NCBI RefSeq assembly: GCF_009914755.1
Contig: NC_060931.1
DNA: 64,000 nucleotides
Direction: 5' to 3' (one strand)
Origin: the human T2T-CHM13v2.0 reference genome, Homo sapiens
This document shows, piece by piece, positions 12,900 through 26,847 of the stretch. The position numbers and the translations under genes were made by a program. How positions within the stretch are numbered: the first letter of the stretch is position 1; every line of letters starts with the position of its first letter. Under the pieces are notes generated by a model, which searched no databases, had not been told where the DNA came from, and saw only the letters and a list, made by a program, of their open reading frames with translations.

Positions 12900-15800
12900 G
12901 AAATAAATGGCAGAGGAAGATCACTCAGCAGAGGAAGTAGTTTTGAAGCAGATAAAAATGGTGACTCATGATCTTTCTATCAGACAAGTTTAAATTCTGG
13001 CATTGAACATCAACAAGCAGCAAAGCATAATGCAGAAGAATCAATACACAATAAGGATATAAGAGTAAAAATTAGCTATGCACTGAGAAACAAAATATTA
13101 AAATTCATTAAAAAAGAGAATTAGAATATAGCAGAAGCAGAAGACTTTAATTCATTCAGCGTTAAAGTGGAAAAGAATAAGGAGTTTGAATAACTAACGA
13201 ACATATCAAGGGAGATATAACTGATATATGTATTGATTTACGCAGCTCGAGAATAGAAAGCCCATGGCAATTCATGATAATGGACCACATATCTAGTCAG
13301 TACATTCCTTATTGTATAAGTAGGTCAGGAAATATTCTCTCGACACAATGCAATACAACCACAAGTTAATCAAACAATTTTAAACAAAAGCTTAATTTAA
13401 TAATACTACTGTCTTGAAATATTCCTTGAAGAATGAAATCATTTTATATAATATTTTTTAAACAAACAAAATAATGCAAAATATGGATATCAATATTTTA
13501 AATAAAATTTATATTATTAAATACTTCCATTATTGTAAAAGGAGAAAATGTATATAAATATATTGAGAATTCTACTTAAGAAGTTTGGGAAGAAAAGTAA
13601 CGCAATAAGTATAAGAAAAATAGGATGAAAAATTAATAAAGATACAAATGAAAATCAGTGAGTTACAAAAGAGAAAGAAATTCTTTAAAAAACAAATAAT
13701 ATAAATGATTTAGGGAATTTAAATAAAAATAAAAAGGAGAAAGTAGCAATTTTGTAATGTTAGTGAAGTCAATGGAAAGTAAGAAAATCTACTGAGAATT
13801 TTAAAAAATACAAACTCAATTCTATGCAAACATATTTGGAAACCTAGGTCATATTTTTTATTTTTATGAAACAGACAAAAACAATTCTATAAGAGTTAGG
13901 AAAGTTGAACAAATCTGTTGTCATAAAAAAGATCAAATACTCACCTAAAAAGTCTCAGAGTAATAACACATCTTAAAAACAGGACAATCTTAATGGTATT
14001 CAAATTATCATAAGATCAGAAAGAAATAAAGCACTCAAAAAAATTTTTAAATCAGTGTAATATTTTTATCCAAATTCCCAAGTTCATAAACTAATTCCAA
14101 CTTAACTACATCCAATAGCACAGTAAAAATACATCCTAACTAAAAGAGTTTTATTTCTGGAATATTTAAATATAATAGTATAATATGTTAGCATAATACA
14201 TGTCACAATACAATATGTGGTTCTAATTTACCATGTAGAACAAAATAACATCATCCTCATAGATGTTGAAAATACAGTGAAAATATGCATCCCTTCTTCA
14301 CTAAAAAGGAAGCAAAAGTTTTAATTAAATTAGAAAAAAAATGTTTTTCTTTAAAATGGTGATATGCTTAGGGTTATGTGTCCAGGAAAACACTTTGAGC
14401 TATTTCAGAAATGTCCTAAGGTTGCTAGTGAGAAAAATAAATTAGAATAAATATTGAGTTATAAAAATTGGAAAAGGAGTCAAATTTTATTTATTTGCAC
14501 ATGGTATAATAGTATGCCTGGAAAATTTTAGTGAACTTTCAGTTATACCCATGTTCAATTGTAAAATATAGCATACCATATAGACAAATAGCTTAGTATT
14601 AATATATAATATCAGATCTCTCCTGCATAAAATGCATTAGTTAGAAAATGTATAAAAGGTTGTATTTCATGTATAATAGAAAACACATTTTAAATAGCTA
14701 GAAAAATACTGAAAAATAAGCTTGTAATAACTATATGAAAAAACAGAAAACAACACTGGAATGGTGTAGCTCCCCTTGAATATAAGAGTTTAAATATTCC
14801 TAAGACCTTATGACTTTCCTTGGTAACTTATACATTTAATATGATAAAATACTCATTGCATTCACAATAAAACACTTAGTTTGCCCTCCCCATTTTTTTT
14901 TAAACTGGGCAAGTTGGTCCTAAACTTCATGCTTAGGTAATAAGTAAGAATATTCAAAAATATCTTGAAAAATGGAGTAGAAAAAGAGTACTGACTTCAT
15001 GCCAGTATTAAAACATATTATCAAGTTACGTAATTAAATCAGTGTGGTAGAAATGCATGAAGAAGTAGTCTGAACAATGGAATGGAATAAAGTCCAAAAT
15101 AAACAACACAAACAGAAACATATCGTCTGGACTATCAGTGGGGAAATGAGAGACTTTCCATAAATGACATTGAGACCACCTTGTGGCCTGTTGGAAAAAG
15201 GAGTTTAGTCTTGTAACAAAATAAAATTTAAATACAAAGTTATGGTCTAAAAGTACTAGAAGTAAACAATGTAAAAACACTGTCTTTAACAATTGTACAG
15301 TGAAGATAGCATGTATTTGCCTACAAGCCATTCTAGAAGAATTTTATAAATTTGACTACATAAAAAATAAAATGTTCTTCATGGTTAAAAGAAAAAGCCC
15401 AAAGACACATGCAAATGCAGAAAATACATTTGCACTTCTTATTGCAGACAAAGAGTGAATTAACTAGACATTAAAATGTCCCCTGGAAAAGGAAAAACCA
15501 AACCTTCTAGACACATGTGCAATGAGCAGGAGCAGACAGCTTGCAGAAATGACACAGAAACATTTAAGTACTTGACAATAGGCTCAACCTCAAAACAGCA
15601 AGAAAAACTGTTTTCTTTTTTAACACCTAAGAAATTGGTAGAGAAAAAGAATTTATTGAGAAAAATAGCATTATTTTTAAAAAAGCATTATTTTTTAAAA
15701 AAAGCATTTATTGAGAAAAAAATAAATTAGATCCTCTCATAAATTTATGTATAAGTTGATAAATTATCTATGGAGAGTAACTTGATAGTATTTATCAAAG

Positions 15801-16320
15801 CAAAAACACCCTATTTTGCCACAATTTTACCTTTGAGGATTATCCTGTAGAAACTTTTAACTCATGCCTGAAATGACAAATGCATAAGAATACTAGTGTA
15901 CCATTGCTGTCAATTTCATGGAGTTAAATTAGCAATGGAACAGCCATTAATAATGTTATACAGTATGATGCAGCAGGGAAAACGTGTGAAGCAGTTATTA
16001 TGGAATGATATGGAATCTTCACCAAGATTTATTTGTTAAACAAACAAACAAAAAACAAGCCACAATAAGGTACTAATATTTAGCTTGAGACATAAAAAGA
16101 GAAAGGGAACTGTTACTTGTTTGTCTCTGCTTAGACTATATCTCTAAGGACACAGAGAAAGTGGACAGTCATTGATGCTTCCAGATGTTGTTCTGAGAAG
16201 CTGAGGACCAGGGTATGGAAAAGACTTAACTCAGTGCTGGCTGCTATCTAGGTCTGAATTTCTCCCATATATATGTACAACTCATTAAGGTAACAAATTA
16301 AGAATGAATCTTGAAAGGAA
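12900..16320 (+). mobile_element. Very old L1ME-type ORF2/3'UTR relic
   Basis: A-rich, with degenerate ORF2 motifs (TTATTTGCACATGGTAT ~ LFADD; GTAATTAAATCAGTGTGGTA; AAATTTGACTACATAAAAA) and an L1ME-like 3' region. Confidence 0.6.
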
Positions 16321-17514
16321 TGTTGAGGAGTACATGTACTCTCTCTCTCCTTGAACTTTCTTCAGGAACAAAATCTAAGAGTTGGAATAAACAACCCCTT
16401 TTCAGGCAGAGACGAAATCATTGAATGTATGATTAAAGATTTAAGTAAGGTATAATTTTATACACTTTTCTCAAGTCATTTAATCTCTTTCCTTTTCCTT
16501 TGCACAAAAGAGAATTATTAATCTTCAAATAACCTTATTATCACCCTGTGCCTAGCATCTTTCCTCAGATATAACAGTTTGGCATAAATGTGTATAGAAG
16601 AAAATGCAAATTTCTGCAAAACAGCAAATCCAAGGCAGTGGATCAGGTGCATAGAGAGTCACTTTCCTGTATATGTGAGCTACTGTATTCCTAAATATTC
16701 ACGGAATAGCTTCCATGTCCTGCGTTCTGTTCACGTTGTTTCTCAGGTTTGACTGGGGGCCACTCACCACAGCAAAGCTAAGCGCTCCTCTTACGGGGAC
16801 ACTGATAGTCAGTGGGGTCGTCAGTGTCCTTAGACTGACCTCAGAGGAGCAGAGAAATTCAGACCACATTGATGTTTTTAAAAGACCAGTTATTTCAGAT
16901 GACAACTAGTGAACAGAAACCTGCTTTACTGGGTACTATGAGAAGAACTTACTAATAAAACTGATAACAAGCAGTCTGAAAGTCCTACTACTGGAAGAGC
17001 ATTGGGAGGGCATGAAAACATCTAGTCTGGAAGGATAATTTGTGATAATCATTGCCTTCTAATTTTTTCTTTGCAATTTCCAAGGGCAGAGTGGACGGTT
17101 CAGAGAGCAATGGGTGCAGCTGGTGCTGGGAGAAGGCCAGTCTCAGTTGAGGGTAAGGAAGTATTGATCCCACAATGGAAAATGCCGCTTAAGAGGAAAA
17201 GAATGCTCAAGGGAGAGCGGGAGGAGTGCATCCAACCCCACTGCCATTGGGGTCCCGGAGGGAGAGGGCCTTGGAAGTGCTCTTATTTGGGGCTGTGGAT
17301 GACATCTCTGAGGATTCCAAGGGCAAATATGCAGAAGCTCAAGAAGCACAGGGTCAATCTGGAGGCTGCAATCTGAAGACAAGAACAAATATCACGTGAA
17401 TAAATCAGGACACTGAGACGGTCCTGGGAAGCTGAGCTGCAGGACAAAGGGCAGCTTGCAGCATCCCCAGGGCTATTCCACCAGTCTGTGGAGACTCAGC
17501 TTGACAGTGAGTAG

Positions 17515-17700
17515 AGACTGGCCAGGCACCATGCCTAGGGCTTCACAGCCCTCGTCTCATCTGGGTCTTATCATCCCTATGAAAAATGACAGAGATGAAG
17601 AGGCTCAGGGAGCTGAGAGTCTCGCTAGAGTTACCTGGCCGGCAACTGAGAAGTAAGCCCTTCATTCTACAACTCCTCCATGTAAAATCCAATGCTGTAA
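17515..17700 (-). mobile_element. MIR
   Basis: TGGCCAGGCACCATGCCTAGGGCTTCACA...ACAGAGATGAAGAGGCTCAGGGAG is the MIR core in antisense. Confidence 0.65.
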
Positions 17701-19378
17701 ATACAGCTCCCATCCCCAGCATAAATTGTGTGAGGTATGTACATGTTCCTACCAGCAAAAGTGAGCTGACAAAATCACTGCTCTTCTTAACCATGTTTAT
17801 TGTATAACTGTTAGTAGATAATATCATTTTACAGCATTATTTTCAGGACATTTTTTTCAGCCACCAAGTGCTTATAACACATTTTAAAGGACGCACTGAT
17901 TGGTTTATTCGACAAATATGTATCAAGTAACTTCATGTAGGAGGTGCTGGAGCATAGCCCCAATCCCCAAATTCATGCCTCAGGTGACCTTCCCTTTTGT
18001 GGTGGGAGGCAGAAAGGAGACACCTGAATAAGTGTCTGGCCGGGCTCCTTACTGTGGAGACCAACTAACAGGACACAAGGGAGGGCCAGTGGGTGGAGAA
18101 GGGCTCTTTCGGCAGACAGCCCAGTGAAGTGGGGAGTAAACCTTGCGAAGGGTGGGGAAGACAGGCTCCCAGAGGAAGGAAGTGGTCAAGTCCCCGAGGC
18201 AGGAATCGGCAAGTGGCCCTTAGTCCTGGAGAAGGCCGCCATGGCTGCACCAGAGGGAACAGGTGTGATGAACACATGGCCCCTGAGATGGCTGCTGTCC
18301 CTTTGTGGCCATGCTGGTTCTCCCTGCCCGTTTTGAAGGCAACTGGATGATTCTGCCTCTTTGTCACTCACAGAGATGCTGCCATCCCTCTAGGGAGCTC
18401 CTGGCCTGATCCTGAATCCTGCAGTCAGAGTCAGCTCCATCCACCTGGGAGAGTAAAGGGTATTCCCTCCCCAGCTCGGCCACGTCTTTGTTTCCTGGGT
18501 GAAAACTTTTCTTTCTAAGGCCTTTATTATCGTAGTGTTGAAATCGTGAGATTTAGAGCATCTTCTTTCTCCTGGGATGAGCTGTGGGGTCAGGTTCCCA
18601 GGAGCGAGTCTGCTAGCAATGGTCTTTCAGGACCAGGCGCTGGAAGCTGATTGTCGCAGCAGCAGTCTGCTCCCCTGAGTTCTGAAAGGGGCGAACCCAT
18701 TCAATACCCACAACAGAGTCCCATCCCGAGAGGGTGTCAGGTGTAGATCTGCTCACGTATGCTTCTCCTGTCCTGTACTTAGTGTTTAACCCGCCACGAG
18801 GACGGCACATTCATCCACATTAAGGCTCTCCTATTGTGAACTGATGCATTTCAACATGGGAATATCATGACTCGCCTTTTATCTGTTTTCCTATTGTTAT
18901 GGAACATCTGAATTTCTTCTTTTGTGAATTGTCTGTTCGTGTTCCATTGCCTGGTTTTCTCCTGGGAGATCCTTTTTCCTGTTGACTTGAAAATTATTCA
19001 TCTTTTGTGCTGCAGGAGAACAACTGGAATCTCTTAAATTACCTGTTCTCAGCAGTCTTGCTGAAGTTCACTGTGCAATCATTGAGCCTCTAGAGTAATT
19101 GTACAATTTCTTTCATGGTCACTTGTTTTCTGTATTTTTCTGCATTTTTGGAAGTTTTGGTCACGGGCTTTCTATATTTTTCTGAATACATTTTGGAAGT
19201 TTGTTCCCTGAAAACGTATCTATTTCAACAAGATGTTAAAGCGTATTAGTGTAGCAGGTGTGAACATACACTGCCAAGAAAAGATGCAAATCACTTTGCT
19301 TTTATAACCATGTGAACTTCTCCCTCCCACTTGTGTTCCAACACAGCAGCAAATAGCTCTAATAATAATGCAATCTAG

Positions 19379-19386
19379 TGACGTCA
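19379..19386. promoter_or_regulatory. Perfect palindromic CRE (TGACGTCA); function untested
   Basis: Exact motif with an intact CpG in unique-looking sequence. Confidence 0.2.
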
Positions 19387-20034
19387 GTGCTGTCTGTTAA
19401 CTTTTTAGTGGCTTTCAGTTGAGAACTGTATTTCTTAGGCAAATGGTTATCCCAATGCAAGTATTGTTGTTACCAGGCACTGTCCACTTGAAGTCATTTT
19501 TCTGCTGTATCCTTTGAGACTAAGCTTCTCCCCATGGTTCCTATAAAAGCAATGAGAAAGAAGAGAGAGGTTTACATCCAGCCTGAAGTAGCGAGGAGCC
19601 TCTGCCCAGGACTGTGCCCCTCCTCTGCAGACTGCCTGCCCACTCTGCATCACTGTTGTCCAGAGGACTGGGCGGGTCTGTGCCTCAGAGGCCCCATGTG
19701 GACAACCCTTCAAATACCAAATACCTGGCCTCTTCCTCCCTGACGTCTGGGAGACGCTTCCCTGCAATTGACTTGGATGCTTCACTTTGCCAGGTGTCTC
19801 CTTGGGACCTGTTCCCCTGGGCCTTAGAGAAATGTGGATATCCCTGGCCAGTCTTGCTCTGCAGGCTTCACTGGCATTAGTGTCCTCCACCCCAGTTGTG
19901 TGGTTGCGCAGTCCTTTGTGCATGTTTGGCTCAGGACATTTATGAGCCATGGACTTAGGAAGTCTCTGCAAGAGACGTGGGCATACCCACACCATCCTGG
20001 GAGGTATTTTCAGGGCCCTCTGACTTTGGGCAGT

Positions 20035-20520
20035 GTGTGAATTTTCTTGGACTGTTGTAACAAATTACTATTATACAAATTGGGGGCTTACAACAATGAA
20101 ATTTTATTCTCTTATGGTTCTAGAGGCCAGAAGTCTGAGATCAACTTGTTAGCAAGGCCATGCTCCTGGGGGCTCTAGAGGAGAATCCGTCCTTGCTTCT
20201 TCCAACTTTGTAGTGGCTGCCAGCAACCCTTGGGTCCCTTGGCTTGTAGACACATCCTCAATCTCTGCCTTTGTCTTCCCATGGCCTTATTCTCTGTGTC
20301 TCAATCTCCCTTTTTTTCTCTCATAAGCACACAAGTCATTGGATTTAGGACCCATCAGTGTAATCTCGGATGATCCCTTTTTGAGATCTTTAACTTAATG
20401 ACACCTGCAAAAACTCTTTTTCCAAATAAGGTCACATTCTGAGATTGCGGGGGTTAGGTCATGGACATGTCGTCTTTGCTGGGGTCGGAGGGGATGGTTG
20501 TCACATTTCAACCCACTAAA
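20035..20520 (-). mobile_element. MLT1C-like MaLR solo LTR
   Basis: GTAACAAATTAC...TTTATTCTCTTATGGTTCTAGAGGCCAGAAGTCTGAGATCAA...TCCAAATAAGGTCACATTCTGAG...TTCAACCCACTA. Confidence 0.88.
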
Positions 20521-21543
20521 GTGGGGAGTGGGGAAAACTAATGTTTTCCCCCATGGAGGGAAAAGCAGAAAAGGCTCCAAATACTCCAGGAACTCTGCCA
20601 GCTCCAACAGGACCCTATTTCTTCCAGGTCACTTCATGTAAGAGTTGTCCAGCCCTTGAAAAGACACTTATGTTGATTTGCTCTGGGTTCACTACGTCTG
20701 CCGAGGTTTCCACAGAGCTCGTATGTTGTCCACCTGGGATTTTACTTCACAGTGAACTGAGTGGGAAATTATACTAAGAGAACGTAGAACTTTATTTGTT
20801 ATCAGAAAATTGATATTTTACTACTATATTATAGAGATCTATACATATATGTAATATTCTTTGGATTTTTTGGTTGTCCGCTTATTCACTTCTCAGTGTT
20901 ACACATTTGTATCTTTTCCATTGTTCCCATGCTATTTTGTGATATAGTATTGTTTTGTATTACTTTTGTGCTTTTGAACAAGCCTGTTCTTAGATCTATT
21001 GATTTATCTATTTTCCATTTTCTAACTCATTACTATTTTAGTTTAGTTTTAAAATTCTTATTTTTTTAGTGAATTAAAAACATTCTAAATTAAAATTTTT
21101 AGTTCATTCATTTAAAGCTACTGTTGTTTGTTAGTCCAAAAAAGCAGTAAGGTGATTAATTTTTCTCTAAACATAACTTTGGTCACTCTAAATTTTTCTA
21201 TGTAGCATTTATGGTTTATCTCAAATACTATTATAATTAATTAAATTGTGTACCATGCATCTTCTCTTTTCATATTTGTGACCATTTACTTGTGTTAGAA
21301 CATTTTGATTTGTGTAGAACTTAATTGTGCTTTGCTCATTACTATCCATTTTTATAAAATATCTTTTTGAATTCATTATTTTATTTTATTTCACCACCAG
21401 CTGGATAATTTCTTTGAGAATTTTCTTTTCAGGGTGAAACACTGGCACACATAATTTCAGTTTTTCTGCACATCTAAAGCTGTCTTCCTTTTGGGTTCAA
21501 ATAAGTAATTTAAGAATACTTATATCAGAATATTTTTGCTTCA

Positions 21544-21864
21544 GCTTGGATAGAACTGGAGGTCATTAGTCTAAGTGAAGTAAGCAGAAATGGAAAACCA
21601 AATACCGTATGTTCTCACTTATAAGTGGGAACTAACCTATGAGGATGCAAAGGCATAAGAATGTTGTAAAAGACTTTGGGGACTGAGGAGAGAAGATTGG
21701 GAGGGGGAATGAGGGATAGAAGACTACACATTGGAAAAAAGACCACACTGCTCAGGTGATGGGTGCACTAAAAATTCCTAGAAATCACCACTAAAGAATT
21801 TATCCGTGTAACCAAAAACCACCTGTACCCCCGAAACTATTAAAATTTAAGAAAATTTAAAAAG
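21544..21864 (+). mobile_element. L1PB 3' end, 5'-truncated
   Basis: TGTTCTCACTTATAAGTGGGA...TATGAGGATGCAAAGGCATAAGAATG...CACCACTAAAGAA. TSD TATTTTTGCTTCA at 21531-21543 and 21865-21877. Confidence 0.9.
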
Positions 21865-23164
21865 TATTTTTGCTTCAAAATTCTTTAAGTATCGCTCCGT
21901 GGTCGTCTACATTTGAGGATGTTTGACACTGACGTTTGATATCTGATGTTTGAGGATGATGGTATCAATACAGTTGCTTTCCTTTGCAGGTCACTTTAAA
22001 TGACCAGTGAATTGATGCATTTGTATATTCCAAGGACTTGCCAAGTTTCACTTAACCTTAAAATTGGAACATTTAATTAAGGAACATCTAGGTTTGGCTA
22101 CTCCCCATTAATTCCATCTAGAATATGACAGTTCCTTTGAATCTGATATTTTCAATTGAGAGATTTTTTTCCCATATTTGTAATTTGATTACTCTTTCTT
22201 AACTATATATTTTTGTTTGTTTAGTTGAAATTACCACATAAATTGCATTGGCTTTCTGATCTCCCTGTATTATTCTTTATATACTTACTTATCTTATAAT
22301 GTTTAAACTTTTTCTCTTTGTTCTGGGGTATTTAGTAATCTGGTATTTCCTTTCTTTTTCTCTGTATCCTAACCTGCTATTTACTGCCTCAACTTCATTT
22401 GAGAAATTTGCTAGTTTTCACCAACATTAAAAATTAATTCATGGTCCAATAGTTTTTTTTCACCAAATCTCAATAAAATGTTAAGCCTTTCTCTAGTTTT
22501 CTCCTGTTTCTTCAAGTAAATCTGCTTTATAAGGGGGGATTTGTTCATTTTCTCCTTGAACTCCCATCTTACGATGTGGCTAGGATTTTTATCTCTTTGC
22601 TCTTTTTAATAAAAGTAAGAGGAGCTCTTTGATTGTCTGATATTGGAGATTGTGCAGGATCATATCAAGCTTGCGTGTTAGGAGCTGGTAAAGGAAAAAA
22701 AAGTTTTATTTTGTTGGAATTTGTACAAAGCCAGAGAGCTTGTTTAGAGACTATTATTTTTAGGAATGTAGTGCCTTTCCTAGGAGGCCTAATTTCTCCA
22801 CATCCTCGCCAGCATTTGGTGCTATTTTTTTTTTCATTTTAGCCATTCTGATAGAGATTTCTCACTATCAGGGAAATTTGCATTTCCCTAAAGGCTAGTC
22901 ATTTTGAACTAGTTACAACTAGACATAAACTCCTGCATTATGTGTTTATTTGCCATCTGTATTTACTCTTTGATGCAATGTCTCTTCATGTCTTTTTCCA
23001 CTTTTTACCTGGACTGTATTTTTTTAACTGTTGAATTTTAAGAGCTCTTTTTATACATAAAGTGATTAAGAGCTTTTTTAAATATGTGGTTTGCAAATAC
23101 TGTCTCCTAGTCTCTACCCTGTCTTTTTCTCCTCTTTCTTTCATGGTGCCAGTTTTCAAATTTA

Positions 23165-23640
23165 AATTTTTTAATTTTTAATTTTTGTGGGTACACAGTA
23201 GGTAGGTATGTATATTTATGGGGTTCATGTTTTGATACAGGTATGCAAAGTGAAATAAGCACACCATGGAGAATGGGGTTTCCATCCCCTCAAGCATTTA
23301 TCCTTTGAGTTACAAACAATCCAATTACATTCTGTCTCTCTCTCTCTCTTTTTTGAGACAGGGTCTCACTCTGTCACCCAGGCTGGAGTGCAGTGACACT
23401 ATCTTGGATCCCTGTAACCTCCACCTCTCAGGCTCAGGTGACATTTCCACCTCAGCCTTCCTAATAACTGGGACCACAGGTTCACACCACCAATTACACT
23501 CTTTAAGTTATTTTAGAATATACAGTTAAATTGTTATTGACTATAGTCACCCTGTGGTGCTATCGAAAATTAGGTCTTATCAATTCTTTCTATTTTTTTG
23601 TACCCATGAATCATCCTCACTACTCCCCTATCCTACCCCA
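23165..23640 (-). mobile_element. L1MA1/2-type 3' end
   Basis: TTTTTGTGGGTACACAGTAGGT...GAATGGGGTTTCCATCCCCTCAAGCATTTATCC...TTGACTATAGTCACCCTGT. Confidence 0.85.
23334..23490 (-). mobile_element. Alu monomer (FRAM or 5'-truncated AluJ right arm)
   Basis: (CT)n/T tail followed by GAGACAGGGTCTCACTCTGTCACCCAGGCTGG. TSD CAATTACATTCT (23322-23333) / CAATTACACTCT (23491-23502). Confidence 0.88.
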
Positions 23641-26400
23641 AATTTTTAAATTTGATGAAATCTAATTTGTCAAATTTTAGTGAAGTCTAATCAATTTTTT
23701 TATGAATTGTGCTTTTGGTGTCAAGTCCTAGAACTGTCACATAGGTCTGAACATTTTATAGTTTTATATTTTATACTTAATTCCATGACATATTTTTAAT
23801 TTTTGTACATAGATGGTGTGAGATTTATGTTGAGGTTATCTGCCTCTTATCTATTTATTGTCTATCATCTATCTATCTATCACCTATGTATCATCTACTT
23901 ACTTGTTTATTTTGCCTATGGATTTCCACCTTTTGCAACACCATTTATCGAAAATACCCTTCTTATATTAAATTACTTTTGTCTGTCAAAACCCAGTTGT
24001 TATCATCTGTTTATAAGTTCATTAGTGTGCTCCATTGACAGTCACATTGGTGCCTGTCTCCAACAATACTCTACTGTCTCAATCATTGTGGTAATACAGT
24101 AAATCTTAACATCCTGCTACTTCATTCTTTTTTTTTTTTTTTCCAAAATTGCTTTAGCTATTTTAGTTCCTTGGCTTTCTATTTATGTTTTACAATAAGC
24201 TTGTCTATGTCTACAAGAACTATCACTGGGATTTTTTATAAGAGTATATTAAACCTGTAGGTCAATTTGGGCAGAAATGACATCTTTGGTATATTGAATC
24301 TCTTAACCCATGCTCCTGGTATGTTTCTATATTTATTAAATTTTCTTTAACATCTTTTATCAGTATTTTGTAACTTTCGACATACAGGTCCTATACTTGT
24401 TTTGCTAAACCTCTAGTTAGTTCCCTTCTCTCTCTCTCTTTTTTCTTGAGCGACAGTAAATGATATTTGCTTTTTAATTTTGGTTTCCTCATGTTTGTTG
24501 TTTGTATATACACATGCAATTAATTTTTGTGTGATGATCTTTATTCTACAAACTTACTGAACTTGCTTATTAGTTCTAGAGGGTTTTTGGGTGATTCCTT
24601 GGGATCTTCTTGGTAGACAAGTCATGTGAAAATAGGGACAATTTTATGTTTTCCTTTTTTGATTTGTATGCCTTTTATTTCCTTTTCTTGCCCTATTGCT
24701 AGGACTTCCAGTCGGATGTTGAATAAGAGCAGTGAGAGTGGGTATGCCTGGATTTTTGCCACTCTTGAGGGAAAAACATTCACTCTTTCACCATTGTTTA
24801 TTATATTTGTTGTAGGGTTTTTTAAATAAACATTTTAAGGGACAGTATTCAGTTTATGGTAAACTTGTAAAGATGGCTAGAAGAATTCTCTCACTGTTTT
24901 TCCTAAGATTATCTTATATTAGAGTGGTATATTTGTTGTAAATAATGAACCAATATTGATAGATTATTAACTAAAGAACAGATTTCGTATGGATTTCCTT
25001 AGTTTGTATCTAATGTCTATTTTCATTTCCAGGATTCCATCTGGCTTCCCACATTACATTTAGTCATTATGTCTCCTTAGGCTCCTGTTGGTTGTGACAG
25101 TTTCTCGGAATTCCCTTGTTTTTGATAACCTTGACAGTTGTGAGGAGGACTAGTCAGGTATTTTATAGAATGTTCCTCAATTTGGATTTCTGATTTTTTT
25201 CTATTAGACTCAATTTATGCGTTATTGGTAGGAAGACTACAGAAATAAACAGTTATTTTTATCACATCATATCAGGGGCACATCACTTCAACATGACTCA
25301 CCACCGTTGACATTGACCTTACTCAGCTGGCTGAGGTCATGATTATCAAGCCTCTCCACTGTAAAGTTCTTCTTTCGCCTTCTCCAAAGCATACTCTTTG
25401 GGTGGAAGTCACTATGTACAACCTGTACTTGAGGAGTGGGAGTCAAGCTTCATCTCCTTGAAAGTGGACCCTGCATAAATTATTTGAAATTCTTCTGCAT
25501 GTGAGATTTTCCATTTTTTTTTCTATTTATTCATTAAATCATGGATCTCAGTATGGACTTATGGAAATCTATGGTTTAGGTTATCAAAAACTTCTTTATT
25601 CTGTTGCCCAAATTGCTTTACATTTGGCTATTGAGAGCTCTCTCAGGTTTTCTTTGCTCTTTTTAACAAGCTCCCATTTTTTTGGTCCACTTTCTTCCTT
25701 TCTGGCTCCAGGCTAACATGCTCCAGGCTCATCCTGTATATTATTTGCTATGGACATGTAATCAGCCAATCCTCCAAGGAGGATTTGTTTATTGGAGACG
25801 GTATTGGAAACCAGGACCTGGTGTTAAATGTGCTCATTGCTACTGGGATGTAGTTGCTGCTAGGTAGTTGCTATCTCAGCTGATAGCACAAGAAAATATA
25901 ACTGAGGGTACTAACCGATGTGTAGACACACACTAACGTGCACGCGCACGCACACACACACACACATTTCTATATGTACCCACTGAGTCCACATTAAGCT
26001 AAACTATGTTCCTACTGATAACTCTAAATCTAATCCATCACCACACCATCATTCTAGCCCCCTCCCCTTGCTTATATGTAAATTCCCACCTGAGAAACCT
26101 GGTTTTCACTGCCCATATTCATTTATTTACTTGCTAAATTTCAGCATACATGTATAGCAGTATTAGACTTGTTAACCCATACTTTCATGGGCAACAGCTT
26201 TATTCAATAGAGTACAGTGCTTTTTTTTGCCTTTATTATACAGACTCCATTCATTTTAAAGTAACTTAGGTCAGTATTTCTCCCCCTCAGTGACATTGTT
26301 TCAAATGTATGTAATAAAGTTAGCTGGTTTTGTCACTTCCTTCATTCCATACTGAGATTCCCCAATCTATAAATCATTTAAAAATTTTGCATAACCAAAG

Positions 26401-26847
26401 TGTGATGGTTAATACTGAGTGTCAACTTGATTGGATTGAAGGACACTAAGTGTTGATCTTGGGTGTGTCTATGAGGGTGTTGCCAAAGGAGATTAACATT
26501 TGAGTCAGTGGACTGGGAAAGGCAGACCCACCCTTAATCTGGGTGGGCACAATCTAATCAGCTGCCAGCTCGGCTAGAATATAAGCAGGCAGAAAAATAT
26601 GAAAAGAGAGACTGGCCTAGCATCCTATCCTACATCTTTCTCCCATGCTGACTGTTTCCTGTCCTCAAACATCCGACTCCAAGTCCTTCAGTTTTGGAAC
26701 TTGGACTGGCTCTCCTTGCTCCTCGGCTTGCAGACAGCCTATTGTGGGACCTTGTGATCCTGTGAGTTAATACTTAATAAACTCCCATATATATATTATA
26801 TTTATATTCCATTAGTTCTGTCCTTCCAGAGAACACTGACTAATACA
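26401..26847 (+). mobile_element. MLT2A (ERVL) solo LTR
   Basis: TGTGATGGTTAATACTGAGTGTCAACTTGATTGGATTGAAGG...AATAAACTCCC...CTGACTAATACA. TG..CA termini and 5-bp TSD CAAAG/CAAGG. Confidence 0.95.

Larger units (their letters stand above)
22790..24828 (-). mobile_element. Old L1M ORF2 3' part (host of an L1MA 3' end and an Alu monomer)
   Basis: TTTCTCCACATCCTCGCCAGCATTTGG...AGCCATTCTGATAG...GCTAGGACTTCCAGT...TTGAATAAGAG. Confidence 0.8.

Noticed and set aside
19447-19995. 182-aa minus-strand ORF
   Set aside because: Non-ATG start, no recognisable domain, and several overlapping ORFs on both strands, as expected by chance in GC-richer DNA.
24830-26200. Long similarity to 59003-60310 suggesting a segmental duplication
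   Set aside because: Both are independent, strongly diverged copies of related L1MC-type 3'UTRs, and the similarity does not extend into the flanks.
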